Shown here: one piece after another, positions 23,626-32,409 of the stretch
How the letters are laid out: each line of letters starts with the position of its first letter
Numbering within the stretch: the first letter of the stretch is position 1
From: Nitratifractor sp.
GTDB taxonomy: Bacteria > Campylobacterota > Campylobacteria > Campylobacterales > Sulfurovaceae
Assembly (NCBI GenBank): GCA_015485845.1
Contig: WFSU01000010.1
Coordinates: 1 to 35,392 of the forward strand
Direction of reading: 5' to 3'
Length of the DNA stretch: 35,392 nucleotides
Translations under genes and position numbers: made by a program
Notes under the pieces: generated by a model
What the model was told of the DNA's origin: nothing
The model's database searches: none
What the model saw: the letters and a program-made list of their open reading frames with translations, nothing else

Positions 23626-24906
23626 ATGATGTCCAAAATTATTGACCATTTCAAGGTACTGATAAAGATACCGCACTGCTCACAGGATGCTGAGGCGTTG
23701 TTTCTCTACCTGAGAGATTTTGCCTCCGAGCATGGCTACACGGTACAGATCGATGACGCAGGAAACATTCTTGCATCGAAGGGTAAGCCCGAAATATGCC
23801 TTCAGGCGCATTACGACATGGTCTGTATGGGCAGTGCACCTCAGATTGAGACGGAAGAGCGTGAGGGGTGGCTTCATGCCGTGGATGCTTCTCTGGGCGC
23901 GGACAACGGTATCGGGATTGCGATGATGATGGTGTTGATGGAGGAAGGGGTAGCGGCGGAATTTTTATTTACCGCTGATGAAGAGGTCGGATTGATCGGT
24001 GCTAATGCGCTGGATTTCAAACTCCTATCCTCCCGCATGCTCAATCTCGACAGCGAAGATGAAGCCGAAGTCTACATCGGCTGTGCCGGAGGGGCGGATA
24101 TCATCGGAGAAGTGTTTGATGAGCAGGTTCCCGGACATGGAGCATGCTATGAAGTGTCTGTGCGGGGGCTTCCCGGTGGGCATTCGGGTGTCGATATCGA
24201 CAAAAATATCCCCTCGGCGATTACACTTTTGGCAGAATACTTGCACAAAGAGGGGGTGGATCAGCTCTCTACCATTATCGCCGGTGAACGGCGCAACGCC
24301 ATTCCGTCCAATGCCGTAGCGATCGTCCGAAGCGATACTCCTCTGACTGGACGAGGGGTCGTGACGGTACGGCCACTAAAGGAATCCCCTGATGTTTATC
24401 GTGCCGGCAAAGAGATACTCGACTACCTCTACCGCTTCAAGCAAGGGGTACGGTCAATGAATATGCAGCTTGGTATTCCCCAGACCAGCGTCAATCTGGC
24501 CATGGTCAATGACACGTATTCTCCGCGAGGTCTCACGATTGAGATCAGTGCCCGTGCGATGAGTATGGAGGATTTGGAGATACTGATTTCCGAGACCGTG
24601 GCCGAGATGGAGATGTCAGGGTTTGCTGTACGCGTCGAAGATAAATACCCAGCTTGGAAACCGGAAGAGAATTCTTTTACCCGGGAGGTTGCCGTAGCGA
24701 TGGATGCGGAATTTGGTACCGCGAAAACTGTAGCGATCCACGCCGGCCTCGAGTGTGGCGTACTGAGCCAGAAATACCCGCAGATTCAGTTTGCCTCCAT
24801 CGGCCCAACGATCCGTTACCCCCATTCGACACGGGAGTGCGTCGATCTTGCATCAGTGGAGCAGACGTTTCGGGTGGTGGAAAAAATAGTGAGGAATCAG
24901 GAGTGA
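23626..24906 (+). CDS. PepD-like M20C dipeptidase (aminoacyl-histidine dipeptidase family)
   Basis: 426 aa. The start may be the second ATG at 23629. Motifs LQAHYDMV, GADNGIG, TADEEVGLIGA and LNLDSEDEAEVYIGCAGG. Confidence 0.75.
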   Translation: MMSKIIDHFKVLIKIPHCSQDAEALFLYLRDFASEHGYTVQIDDAGNILASKGKPEICLQAHYDMVCMGSAPQIETEEREGWLHAVDASLGADNGIGIAMMMVLMEEGVAAEFLFTADEEVGLIGANALDFKLLSSRMLNLDSEDEAEVYIGCAGGADIIGEVFDEQVPGHGACYEVSVRGLPGGHSGVDIDKNIPSAITLLAEYLHKEGVDQLSTIIAGERRNAIPSNAVAIVRSDTPLTGRGVVTVRPLKESPDVYRAGKEILDYLYRFKQGVRSMNMQLGIPQTSVNLAMVNDTYSPRGLTIEISARAMSMEDLEILISETVAEMEMSGFAVRVEDKYPAWKPEENSFTREVAVAMDAEFGTAKTVAIHAGLECGVLSQKYPQIQFASIGPTIRYPHSTRECVDLASVEQTFRVVEKIVRNQE

Positions 24907-24916
24907 GGAGTGAGGA
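24889..24916. repeat. heptamer array GTGAGGA ATCAGGA GTGAGGA GTGAGGA
   Basis: Four units. The PepD-like gene stop (24904-24906) is the TGA of unit 3. Followed by ATTTTG, as at 20073. Confidence 0.85.
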
Positions 24917-24942
24917 ATTTTGAGAGCAAGAAAATTTTATTA

Positions 24943-25035
24943 GGGGCTTGGACTTCAATCCAACAAACGCGATAGCGTATCTCATTAGGTATGGATAGCA
25001 TTTTGGTTATTCTGTGGGACTGAAGTCCCAGCCCC
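24943..25035. repeat. REP-like inverted doublet (variant arm 24943-24964, consensus arm 25014-25035)
   Basis: GGGGCTTGGACTTCAATCCAAC, then a 49-nt spacer, then GTGGGACTGAAGTCCCAGCCCC. Lies between the convergent pepD-like and nth genes. Confidence 0.8.
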
Positions 25036-25040
25036 TCATT

Positions 25041-25691
25041 TTATACTTTAAACGTCTCCGACGTCCGGCAATACGGCGCCATATAGCACCCCTCACATTC
25101 CGGCTTGAGGGCTTTGCAGTGGTAGCGGCCGAAGAGCACCATGGCTTGATGGAGGCGGTGGAGGTCGGTTTTGAATTTTTTCGTGAGTTGTTCTTCGCAT
25201 TTGACGGCGGTGGAGGCATTGCACAGGCCGAGGCGGTGGGCGACGCGGTAGACGTGGGTGTCGACGGCCATGAGGTTGGCCTGGGTGTATTCGATCATGA
25301 CGACGTTGGCGGTTTTCTGGCCGACGCCGGCGAGGGTGACGAGCTCTTTTTGATTGAGAGGGATATTTCCGCCGTAGTTTTCGACGACCGATTGCGCCAT
25401 TTTGATGAGGTTTTTGGCCTTGTTGTTGAAAAAGGAGCACGTCTTGATGTACGATTTGATATCCTCGAGATCGGCATGGGCGAGGGAAATGGGGTCGGGG
25501 TAGGCTTCGAAGAGTGCCGGAGTGATGAGATTGACCCGTTTGTCGGTGCATTGGGCGGAGAGCATGACGGAGATAAGGAGTTCGTAGAGATTGCGGTAGT
25601 TGAGCTCTGTGATTGAGTCGGGGTAGTGTTCGAGAAACTGATCCCGAATCGCTTCGATCTCTTCCTTGGTTGCCTGCTTGATTCGTGCCAT
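25041..25691 (-). CDS. nth: endonuclease III
   Basis: 216 aa with helix-hairpin-helix LAGVGQKTANVV, the catalytic region, and the C-terminal 4Fe-4S cluster CKALKPECEGCYMAPYC. Confidence 0.95.
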   Translation of the reverse strand: MARIKQATKEEIEAIRDQFLEHYPDSITELNYRNLYELLISVMLSAQCTDKRVNLITPALFEAYPDPISLAHADLEDIKSYIKTCSFFNNKAKNLIKMAQSVVENYGGNIPLNQKELVTLAGVGQKTANVVMIEYTQANLMAVDTHVYRVAHRLGLCNASTAVKCEEQLTKKFKTDLHRLHQAMVLFGRYHCKALKPECEGCYMAPYCRTSETFKV

Positions 25692-25759
25692 GTTCGCCTC
25701 CTGTCTGTTTGTGCAATCATACTGCGTGCGCCGTTAATGTTTGATTTAAGCAACTCCGA

Positions 25760-25765
25760 TATAAT
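25760..25765 (+). promoter_or_regulatory. candidate -10 box
   Basis: cgaTATAATtt lies about 37 nt upstream of ATG 25802. Confidence 0.35.
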
Positions 25766-25801
25766 TTCCTCATTAATTTTTTGAACACAAAGGACAGAAG
25801 A

Positions 25802-26644
25802 ATGAAAAGAATTTTGAGCACAGCCGCTACTGTGATTGCATTAGGGGCGGTTTCCCTCTCGGCTGCCGATACCTTGGCCACCGTCAATGGAACACCGGTT
25901 ACAACCGAAGATGCCAACATTTACGTAGCCCAGACACAGCAGGGTGCCCGTTTTGATGCGTTGACAAAAGATCAGAAGAAAATGATCGTTGACCGTTTGA
26001 TCGAGCGGGTGCTCTTCATCGATCAAGCCAAAAAAGAAGGGATCGAAAAAGATCCGGAGTATCAGCGTCTGCTTGCTCGAGATAAGGAAGAGCTGATGGT
26101 GCGTACCTGGATCACGAAGCAGTTTGAAAATACCGTGATAAGCGATAGCGAAGCCAAGGCGTATTTTGATAAACATTCGGATGAATTCAAAGTCCCGGCC
26201 CAGGTACATGCCCGTCATATCCTGCTCAAAGATGAGAAAGGTGCCAAGGATGTTCTAGCACAATTGAAAGGGCTGAAAGGCGATGCACTCAAGAAGCGCT
26301 TCATCGAACTGGCCAAAGCCAAATCAACCGGCCCCACCGGCCCCAAGGGAGGCGATCTTGGATTTTTCGCTCCCGGTCAGATGGTCAAACCGTTTAACGA
26401 TGCAGTGTTTGCGATGAAAAAAGGGGAAGTCTCGGCTAAACCGGTCAAGACACAGTTTGGTTACCATGTGATCTATGCCGAAGATATTAAACCGGCCAAA
26501 ACGATTCCTTACAAAGAGGCCAAAGATCGTATTATTGGAATGCTTAAGCAAAAAACATTCAGTGCAAAAATGGCTAAATTGGCGGCCAGCCTGAAATCGA
26601 AGTCGAAGGTCGTGATATCCGGTGAAACAAACGCGACAAAATAG
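25802..26644 (+). CDS. periplasmic parvulin-type peptidyl-prolyl isomerase/chaperone (SurA/PEB4/HP0175-like)
   Basis: 280 aa from ATG 25802, with an AAGGA RBS. Signal peptide. Parvulin motifs ARHILL, GGDLGFF and QFGYHVI. Confidence 0.8.
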   Translation: MKRILSTAATVIALGAVSLSAADTLATVNGTPVTTEDANIYVAQTQQGARFDALTKDQKKMIVDRLIERVLFIDQAKKEGIEKDPEYQRLLARDKEELMVRTWITKQFENTVISDSEAKAYFDKHSDEFKVPAQVHARHILLKDEKGAKDVLAQLKGLKGDALKKRFIELAKAKSTGPTGPKGGDLGFFAPGQMVKPFNDAVFAMKKGEVSAKPVKTQFGYHVIYAEDIKPAKTIPYKEAKDRIIGMLKQKTFSAKMAKLAASLKSKSKVVISGETNATK

Positions 26645-26707
26645 TGGATTTAACCCCACTATTCGACCCGGTTTGATACAATGTCAAAAAGGTCTTGAAG
26701 GAGTAGA

Positions 26708-27409
26708 ATGAAGAAGATTATCGCTGCGGGCATGGTAGGGATGGTTCTGGTAAGCAGTGGTGTGTCGGCGAAAGTGATCGGTCGCATCAATGGATACCCG
26801 GTTACTGAAAACGAAGCCAACAAATTTTTGAAGGTTGTCACCAAAGGGAAGCTGAAGTTTCATCAATTGCGTCCGAAAGATAAAAAAGATGTGATCAAAC
26901 GAATTGCCGTAGATTCTCTGTTGGTCGGGATGGCCAAAAAACAGATACCATTGATCGAACGTAATCAGGTTATCGTCAACTACTGGCTTTCCAAAAAGAT
27001 CAAAGGGATGTCGGTTTCGGACAAAGAGGTTCGCAAGGCATATGACTCCAATAAAAAACTTTTCAAAGATACGCACGGGAAGATTCTGCCGTTTGAAAAA
27101 GTGAAAGAGATGATCGCGGTGTCGATTAAGCAGAAGAAATATGTCGCCCAACTGATGGACAAAGCGCGGATTACCATGGGTAAGAAAGTGATCAAATCTC
27201 CTAAAAAAGGGACATCCTCCGGTAAAAAAGAGAAGAGTACTGTCCCCTCGAACGGAAAAACAAAGATTTATACAGTCAAAAGCGGCAACACGCTTTCGGG
27301 TATCGCTCACAAGTACCATATCACGACAGCAGAACTAAGAGCCCTCAACGGTATGACAGATAAAGACACACTTAAGATCGGTCAGAAACTCAAAGTCCCC
27401 GCCAAATAA
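26708..27409 (+). CDS. SurA-N-like chaperone domain protein with C-terminal LysM and no PPIase domain
   Basis: 233 aa with a signal peptide. The N-terminus ING.PVTENEANKFLK parallels VNGTPVTTEDANIYV of the upstream gene. C-terminal YTVKSGNTLSGIAHKYHITTAELRALNGM...LKIGQKLKVP is a LysM domain. Confidence 0.55.
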   Translation: MKKIIAAGMVGMVLVSSGVSAKVIGRINGYPVTENEANKFLKVVTKGKLKFHQLRPKDKKDVIKRIAVDSLLVGMAKKQIPLIERNQVIVNYWLSKKIKGMSVSDKEVRKAYDSNKKLFKDTHGKILPFEKVKEMIAVSIKQKKYVAQLMDKARITMGKKVIKSPKKGTSSGKKEKSTVPSNGKTKIYTVKSGNTLSGIAHKYHITTAELRALNGMTDKDTLKIGQKLKVPAK

Positions 27410-27422
27410 TGAAGGAATCCAT

Positions 27423-28496
27423 GTGAACCCAAACGTATCCTCTTTTATCAATCCCGGTGTGGTCAGCGGGGAAAAACTTCAGCAACTCTTTGCGTTTGCC
27501 AAAGCGGAGGGGTTTGCTATGCCTGCGGTCAATGTCGTCGGAAGCAACTCGATCAACAGCGTCATGGAAGCCGCAAAAAAGGTTAACAGCCCCGTTATTA
27601 TCCAGTTCAGCAACGGTGGAGCTGTCTTTAACGGTGGCCAGGGGATTGATACTCAGACGGCTGCTGTGATGGGCGCGGTGAGCGGCGCACGCCATGTCCA
27701 TTTGCTGGCCGAGAGCTATGGCATTCCTGTTGTCCTTCACACCGACCATGCTGCCCGCAAGCTTCTACCGTGGATTGATGCGCTGATAGATGCGGGGGAG
27801 GATCATTACGAGGCATACGGTAAACCGCTCTTTTCTTCGCATATGATTGACCTGAGTGAAGAGCCGATCGAAGAAAATATCGCGACATGCAAAATGTATC
27901 TTGAGCGGATGAGTAAGATCGGTATGACGCTTGAAATCGAGCTTGGAGTGACCGGTGGTGAAGAGGACGGAGTGGACAACAGCCACATCGACAATGCCTT
28001 GCTCTATACTCAGCCCGAAGAGGTAGCCTATGCCTACGAAGAGTTGCGCAAAGTCAGTGACAACTTCACTATTGCCGCTTCGTTTGGCAATGTTCACGGC
28101 GTCTACAAGCCCGGAAATGTCGTCCTGACACCGAAAATCCTCGACAATTCTCAGCAATACATCGAAGAGAAATTCGGCACCGATCCCAAACCGGTCAATT
28201 TTGTCTTTCACGGGGGTTCAGGATCAACCATAGAGGAGATCCGCGAAGCGATCGAGTATGGGGTGATCAAGATGAACATCGATACCGATACCCAATGGGC
28301 ATTCTGGGACGGCGTGCGTGGATACGTCGCTCAGTACCACGCCTATCTCGAAGGGCAAATCGGCAACCCCGAAGGGGACGACAAGCCCAACAAAAAATAC
28401 TATGATCCCCGAAAATGGCTCCGAGCCGGGGAACTCTCGATGGTCGCACGCCTCGAAAAAGCGTTTAGCGATCTCAACTGTATGAATCGATTTTAA
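27423..28496 (+). CDS. fba: class II fructose-bisphosphate aldolase
   Basis: 357 aa with a GTG start 6 nt after the AAGGAA RBS. Motifs PAVNVVGSNS, LHTDHA, GGEEDGVDN and FVFHGGSGS. Confidence 0.95.
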   Translation: MNPNVSSFINPGVVSGEKLQQLFAFAKAEGFAMPAVNVVGSNSINSVMEAAKKVNSPVIIQFSNGGAVFNGGQGIDTQTAAVMGAVSGARHVHLLAESYGIPVVLHTDHAARKLLPWIDALIDAGEDHYEAYGKPLFSSHMIDLSEEPIEENIATCKMYLERMSKIGMTLEIELGVTGGEEDGVDNSHIDNALLYTQPEEVAYAYEELRKVSDNFTIAASFGNVHGVYKPGNVVLTPKILDNSQQYIEEKFGTDPKPVNFVFHGGSGSTIEEIREAIEYGVIKMNIDTDTQWAFWDGVRGYVAQYHAYLEGQIGNPEGDDKPNKKYYDPRKWLRAGELSMVARLEKAFSDLNCMNRF

Positions 28497-28542
28497 GTTT
28501 TCAGGGGAGGAGCATGAGCTCTATAATCTAAGCAGAAGATAT

Positions 28543-28609
28543 GGGGCTGGGACTTTAGTCCCACTAAAAGCGTAAGCGTAACTTCTTGTGGGACTAAAGT
28601 CCCAGCCCC
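28543..28609. repeat. perfect REP-like inverted doublet (22-bp arms, 23-nt spacer); likely bidirectional terminator
   Basis: GGGGCTGGGACTTTAGTCCCAC at 28543-28564 is the exact reverse complement of GTGGGACTAAAGTCCCAGCCCC at 28588-28609. Lies between convergent fba and nrdB. Confidence 0.85.
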
Positions 28610-28617
28610 TTTGTGAA

Positions 28618-29631
28618 TTAAAAATCGTCGAGGTCGATGCTTGACTTGGCGTAATTCGATACATTACTCTCAAAGAAATTACTTCGTACCTCATTCATGT
28701 TCAAATGTTTCGTGACCAACTGTTGCAGATACGTCTCGGGGGTCTCTTCGAAGATGGGGTCGAGGCCGATAGTTTTGAGGCGACTGTTAGCGTAGTTGTG
28801 GACGGTACGTTCCATCAATTCGGGGGTGGTTCCCATGATGGGGAAACTGTCGAGAAGGTAGTTGCCATACTCCAGCTCGATATCCACAGCATCCCGGATC
28901 ATGTTGTAGCACTCGTCGATGGTGGCCGCGCTGATTTTGTTTTCTTTGACGATGGTTTTAAAGATGTTTCCAAAGAGCGGCATGTGGGTATTGAGTTCAT
29001 CGCGGGCGATGAATTTGATCATATCGCGGGCTCCGGGGACTTTGTCTCCAAGCAGGTAAATGTAGCTGAATCCCAGCAGAAAGTAAATCCCTTCGAGGTT
29101 GACACTCGCCATAGCGCTGAGGAGCATTTTCTCAGCTGAGCCTCCGTCGATGTACCTGGCAAACTGTTCAGCGATACGCTGGTTTTTCCGGTTGAGAGCC
29201 TGATCGTATTTGTAGAGGTTGAAGACCTCTTCGGAGTTGCCGGCGGCATCGAGGAGGACGGCGTAGGATTTGGAGTGATTGACCTCCTGCATGATTTGGA
29301 GGCTCAGAACCGATTTGACCAGACGGTTGTTGGCGAGGCGACGGAAGTCACTCAGGTACTCTTCCTGAGCACTGTCGTTGAAGCTCAGCTGTGCAAAAGT
29401 GAGTTTGTAGATGGATTGTTCATTGTCACTGAGGGCTGAGAAGTTTTTGCTCTCGGCAGACGTGTTGACTTCGGATGGGAACCAGGTGTTGGCATTCATC
29501 AAATCGTAGATATTGCTGTCCCAACGGTATTTGGAGCGGTTGAAATCGACGAAACCGGTCGGAGAGCCTCCGTAGATCTTTTCATCGAGAATGTCTTCTC
29601 CGTTCGGGTTATAAAAATGTGTTGCATCCAT
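28618..29631 (-). CDS. nrdB: class Ia ribonucleotide reductase beta subunit
   Basis: 337 aa with ferritin-like di-iron motifs (EVNHSKSY, EGIYF..., ARDELNH) and an acidic C-terminal tail ending DLDDF. Confidence 0.9.
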   Translation of the reverse strand: MDATHFYNPNGEDILDEKIYGGSPTGFVDFNRSKYRWDSNIYDLMNANTWFPSEVNTSAESKNFSALSDNEQSIYKLTFAQLSFNDSAQEEYLSDFRRLANNRLVKSVLSLQIMQEVNHSKSYAVLLDAAGNSEEVFNLYKYDQALNRKNQRIAEQFARYIDGGSAEKMLLSAMASVNLEGIYFLLGFSYIYLLGDKVPGARDMIKFIARDELNTHMPLFGNIFKTIVKENKISAATIDECYNMIRDAVDIELEYGNYLLDSFPIMGTTPELMERTVHNYANSRLKTIGLDPIFEETPETYLQQLVTKHLNMNEVRSNFFESNVSNYAKSSIDLDDF

Positions 29632-29718
29632 GGTGTTTCTCCTGAAATAAGTGCATCATTTTACCCGATTCTGATGTAAGTCAAGCTAAAATTTCCTGTA
29701 ATAAAAAGGTAACATTTG

Positions 29719-30624
29719 ATGCAAAAAACTTCCCTTGCTTTGCCCAGCCCTGTCGAGCAGATTGTTGTTGATGATTCCCCTTTTTATCTCAAACACGATG
29801 AGCGGATTCACCCCGACTTTTCGGGGAATAAAGCCCGGAAATTTCATTATTTTCTCACCCATGACTTCCCGGAAATTCGCCGGGTTGTCTCCTATGGGTC
29901 GCCGCAGTCCAATGCGATGTACTCCCTTTCGGTGCTGGCACGGATGCGGGGGTGGGTGTTTGATTATTATGTCGATCACGTCGCCGGATACCTGCGGGAA
30001 AACCCACACGGCAACTACGCCCGTGCCCTGGCCAACGGCATGCAGATCCACACGACACCCCGCCCCCAGATCCTCCTGCCCGACACGCTCCTGATCCACG
30101 AAGGGGGACGACAGGTCGAAGCGGAGTACGGTGTTGCGATCTTGGCGCAAGAGATAGCAGATTGGCAACACGAGCAGGGGATCGAGCATCTCGATATCTT
30201 CTTCCCTTCCGGCACAGGTACCACCGCCCTGTATCTCCAAAAAACCCTATCAACCATCCACCATCCACCATCCACCGTATATACCACTCCGTGCGTAGGC
30301 GATGCCGAATACCTCCGCAAACAGTTTACTATCCTCGAGCCTGACCCACACCTGTGGCCGATGATCCTCGATTTGCCACACAAATACCACTTTGGCAAAC
30401 TCTACCGGGAGTTTTACGAAATTTGGATAGAATTACACCAACAAACCGGCGTGACATTTGATCTCCTCTACGACCCAAAAGGGTGGCTGACGCTCCTGAA
30501 GCATCGCGACCAAATGGGTCAGCATCTTCTCTACCTCCATCAGGGGGGATTGCAGGGAAATGAGAGCATGCTCAAGCGTTATGAGCGTAGATTTTCGCAC
30601 GCCTACAAGGATAAAACGAAATGA
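29719..30624 (+). CDS. PLP-dependent enzyme of the ACC deaminase/D-cysteine desulfhydrase family
   Basis: 301 aa from ATG 29719. SGNKARKF resembles the PLP-lysine motif of this family. Stop overlaps the hisD start. Confidence 0.6.
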   Translation: MQKTSLALPSPVEQIVVDDSPFYLKHDERIHPDFSGNKARKFHYFLTHDFPEIRRVVSYGSPQSNAMYSLSVLARMRGWVFDYYVDHVAGYLRENPHGNYARALANGMQIHTTPRPQILLPDTLLIHEGGRQVEAEYGVAILAQEIADWQHEQGIEHLDIFFPSGTGTTALYLQKTLSTIHHPPSTVYTTPCVGDAEYLRKQFTILEPDPHLWPMILDLPHKYHFGKLYREFYEIWIELHQQTGVTFDLLYDPKGWLTLLKHRDQMGQHLLYLHQGGLQGNESMLKRYERRFSHAYKDKTK

Positions 30625-32261
30625 AAACATTTAGCACGACCGATGCAGACTTCCAAGTCAACTTTGATGAACTTCTTGCCCGGGGAGCGATGGATATAGA
30701 AGGGGTCAGCACGATCGTAAACGATCTGCTCAAAGAGATACGCACCGGCGGCAACGCAGCACTGCGAGAACAAATCGCCCGGTTTGACCGCTGGAGTCCC
30801 CAGAGTGATGACGAGCTTAAAGTCCGCTCGGAGGAGATGAAGGCTGCCTACGAAGCGATCGATCCCAAGCTCCGGGATGCCCTCCAGCTGGCGTACGACC
30901 GTATCCGCGACTACCACGAGAAACTCATGCCCAGGACATGGATGGAGACGGATGCCACCGGCAGCGTACTGGGGCAAAAAGTCACCCCCGTCGATCGTGC
31001 CGGCCTCTACATCCCCGGGGGCAAAGCCGCCTATCCCAGCAGTCTCCTGATGAATGTCATCCCCGCCCAGGTGGCCGGAGTCGGGGAGATCGTCGTCTGC
31101 ACCCCCGCACCGGACAATGAGCTCAACGAACTTCTCCTGGCTGCCTGTCACCTTTGCGGGGTTGAGAATGTCTTCCGTGTCGGCGGAGCCTCGGCGATCG
31201 GGGCGATGGCATACGGCACCGAGACGATCCCCAAAGTAGATGTCATCACAGGGCCGGGCAATATTTTCGTCGCCACCGCCAAAAAACTGGTCTACGGCGA
31301 GGTCAACATCGACATGATCGCCGGCCCGAGTGAGATCGGCGTATTGGCGGATCGTTCCGCTCCGGCTGATCTGCTGGCGATGGATCTCCTTTCTCAGGCA
31401 GAGCACGACGAGATGGCCAGTTCGATCCTCATCACCGACGATGCCGATCTGGCGGCCTCAGTCGCCCAAGAGATCGAAGGCTTCCTCGGTACCCTCTCGC
31501 GAGAGACCATCGCCCGCACATCAATCGCGGAACGCGGAGCGATCATCATCGCCCGCGACATGGACGAAGCGGTCGATCTGATGAACCAGATTGCCCCTGA
31601 GCACCTCGAGGTGGTCACTGAAGATCCCATGAGTCTGCTCCCCTCCATCCGGCATGCTGGAGCAATCTTCCTCGGCCGCAATACCCCAGAGCCCATCGGC
31701 GACTACATCGCCGGCCCCAACCACACACTGCCTACCGGCGGTACAGCACGGTTTTATTCGCCTCTGAGCGTAGAACATTTCCTCAAAAAGTCCTCCATCA
31801 TCTCTATGAGTGAAGCGGGGATCAACGCCATCGGCGAAGAGTGCGCCATGATCGCCCACACCGAGGGGCTTACCGCCCACGAAGCCTCGGTGCGGATGCG
31901 CCTGAAAAAAGAGCACGAAGGTTCCGAGCACGACAAGCGCTTCAAAGGTCTTGATGGTGACGATGATCTCCTCTCTAAGCTTGGCATCGACCTCAATGGT
32001 GAAAAGATCAACATCGACCTGGGGAAAACCAAAGGCTTTTTTGATGCGGTTGGTGAGAAGCTTGCTTCCAAAGCCGAAAAACTTCAGAACGACATCGCAA
32101 GCGGCTCAGTCGATCTGGGCGAAAACGTCGGGGTCAAAGTGGACAAAGAGCAGATCAATATTGACCTTGGAAAAACCAGAAGCTTCATTGATGATCTGGG
32201 AAAAAAGATTGCGGGGTTTGTCGATCAGATTGATGATGTGGTTAAGGACATCAAGAAGTAG
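30621..32261 (+). CDS. hisD: histidinol dehydrogenase with about 114-aa C-terminal repeat-containing extension
   Basis: 546 aa. The HisD core runs to about residue 432 (...LTAHEASVRMRLKK), with QAEHDE and the GDY..GPNH..PT motifs. In-frame tail with two repeats EKINIDLGKTKGFFDAVGEKLA / EQINIDLGKTRSFIDDLGKKIA (32001-32066, 32148-32213). Confidence 0.9.
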   Translation: MKTFSTTDADFQVNFDELLARGAMDIEGVSTIVNDLLKEIRTGGNAALREQIARFDRWSPQSDDELKVRSEEMKAAYEAIDPKLRDALQLAYDRIRDYHEKLMPRTWMETDATGSVLGQKVTPVDRAGLYIPGGKAAYPSSLLMNVIPAQVAGVGEIVVCTPAPDNELNELLLAACHLCGVENVFRVGGASAIGAMAYGTETIPKVDVITGPGNIFVATAKKLVYGEVNIDMIAGPSEIGVLADRSAPADLLAMDLLSQAEHDEMASSILITDDADLAASVAQEIEGFLGTLSRETIARTSIAERGAIIIARDMDEAVDLMNQIAPEHLEVVTEDPMSLLPSIRHAGAIFLGRNTPEPIGDYIAGPNHTLPTGGTARFYSPLSVEHFLKKSSIISMSEAGINAIGEECAMIAHTEGLTAHEASVRMRLKKEHEGSEHDKRFKGLDGDDDLLSKLGIDLNGEKINIDLGKTKGFFDAVGEKLASKAEKLQNDIASGSVDLGENVGVKVDKEQINIDLGKTRSFIDDLGKKIAGFVDQIDDVVKDIKK

Positions 32262-32272
32262 CTTGCCCCCTC

Positions 32273-32300
32273 CTCGTTCCCACCGTCCCGGTGGGAATGC
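32273..32300. repeat. second hairpin-repeat class, copy in reverse orientation (CTCGTTCCCAC-N7-GTGGGAATGC)
   Basis: Local hairpin TTCCCAC/GTGGGAA. It is the inverted counterpart of 32365-32393. Confidence 0.75.
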
Positions 32301-32364
32301 ATATTTGAGATATTTATGTTGATCATGCCCTGATAGGCTTAGCGAGTTGTTTGGGCTCCGATAG

Positions 32365-32393
32365 GCATTCCCACGCAGGAGCGTGGGAACGAG
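32365..32393. repeat. second hairpin-repeat class, forward copy (GCATTCCCACGC-AGGA-GCGTGGGAACGAG)
   Basis: 9-bp stem TTCCCACGC/GCGTGGGAA. The flanks GCATTCCCAC and GTGGGAACGAG are shared with the inverted copy at 32273-32300. Confidence 0.75.
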
Positions 32394-32409
32394 CGGGAAG
32401 TAGTTTGCA

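Noticed and set aside
31951-32322. 123-aa ORF in an alternative frame across the hisD tail, considered as a separate downstream gene.
   Set aside because: Its translation is S/R/K-rich low complexity. The hisD frame gives two clean 22-aa repeats, so the in-frame extension is the better reading.
32273-32393. GTTCCCAC...GTGGGAAC hairpin repeats that superficially resemble type I CRISPR repeats.
   Set aside because: There are only two copies and they are in inverted orientation. There is no regular repeat-spacer periodicity and no cas genes in the window.
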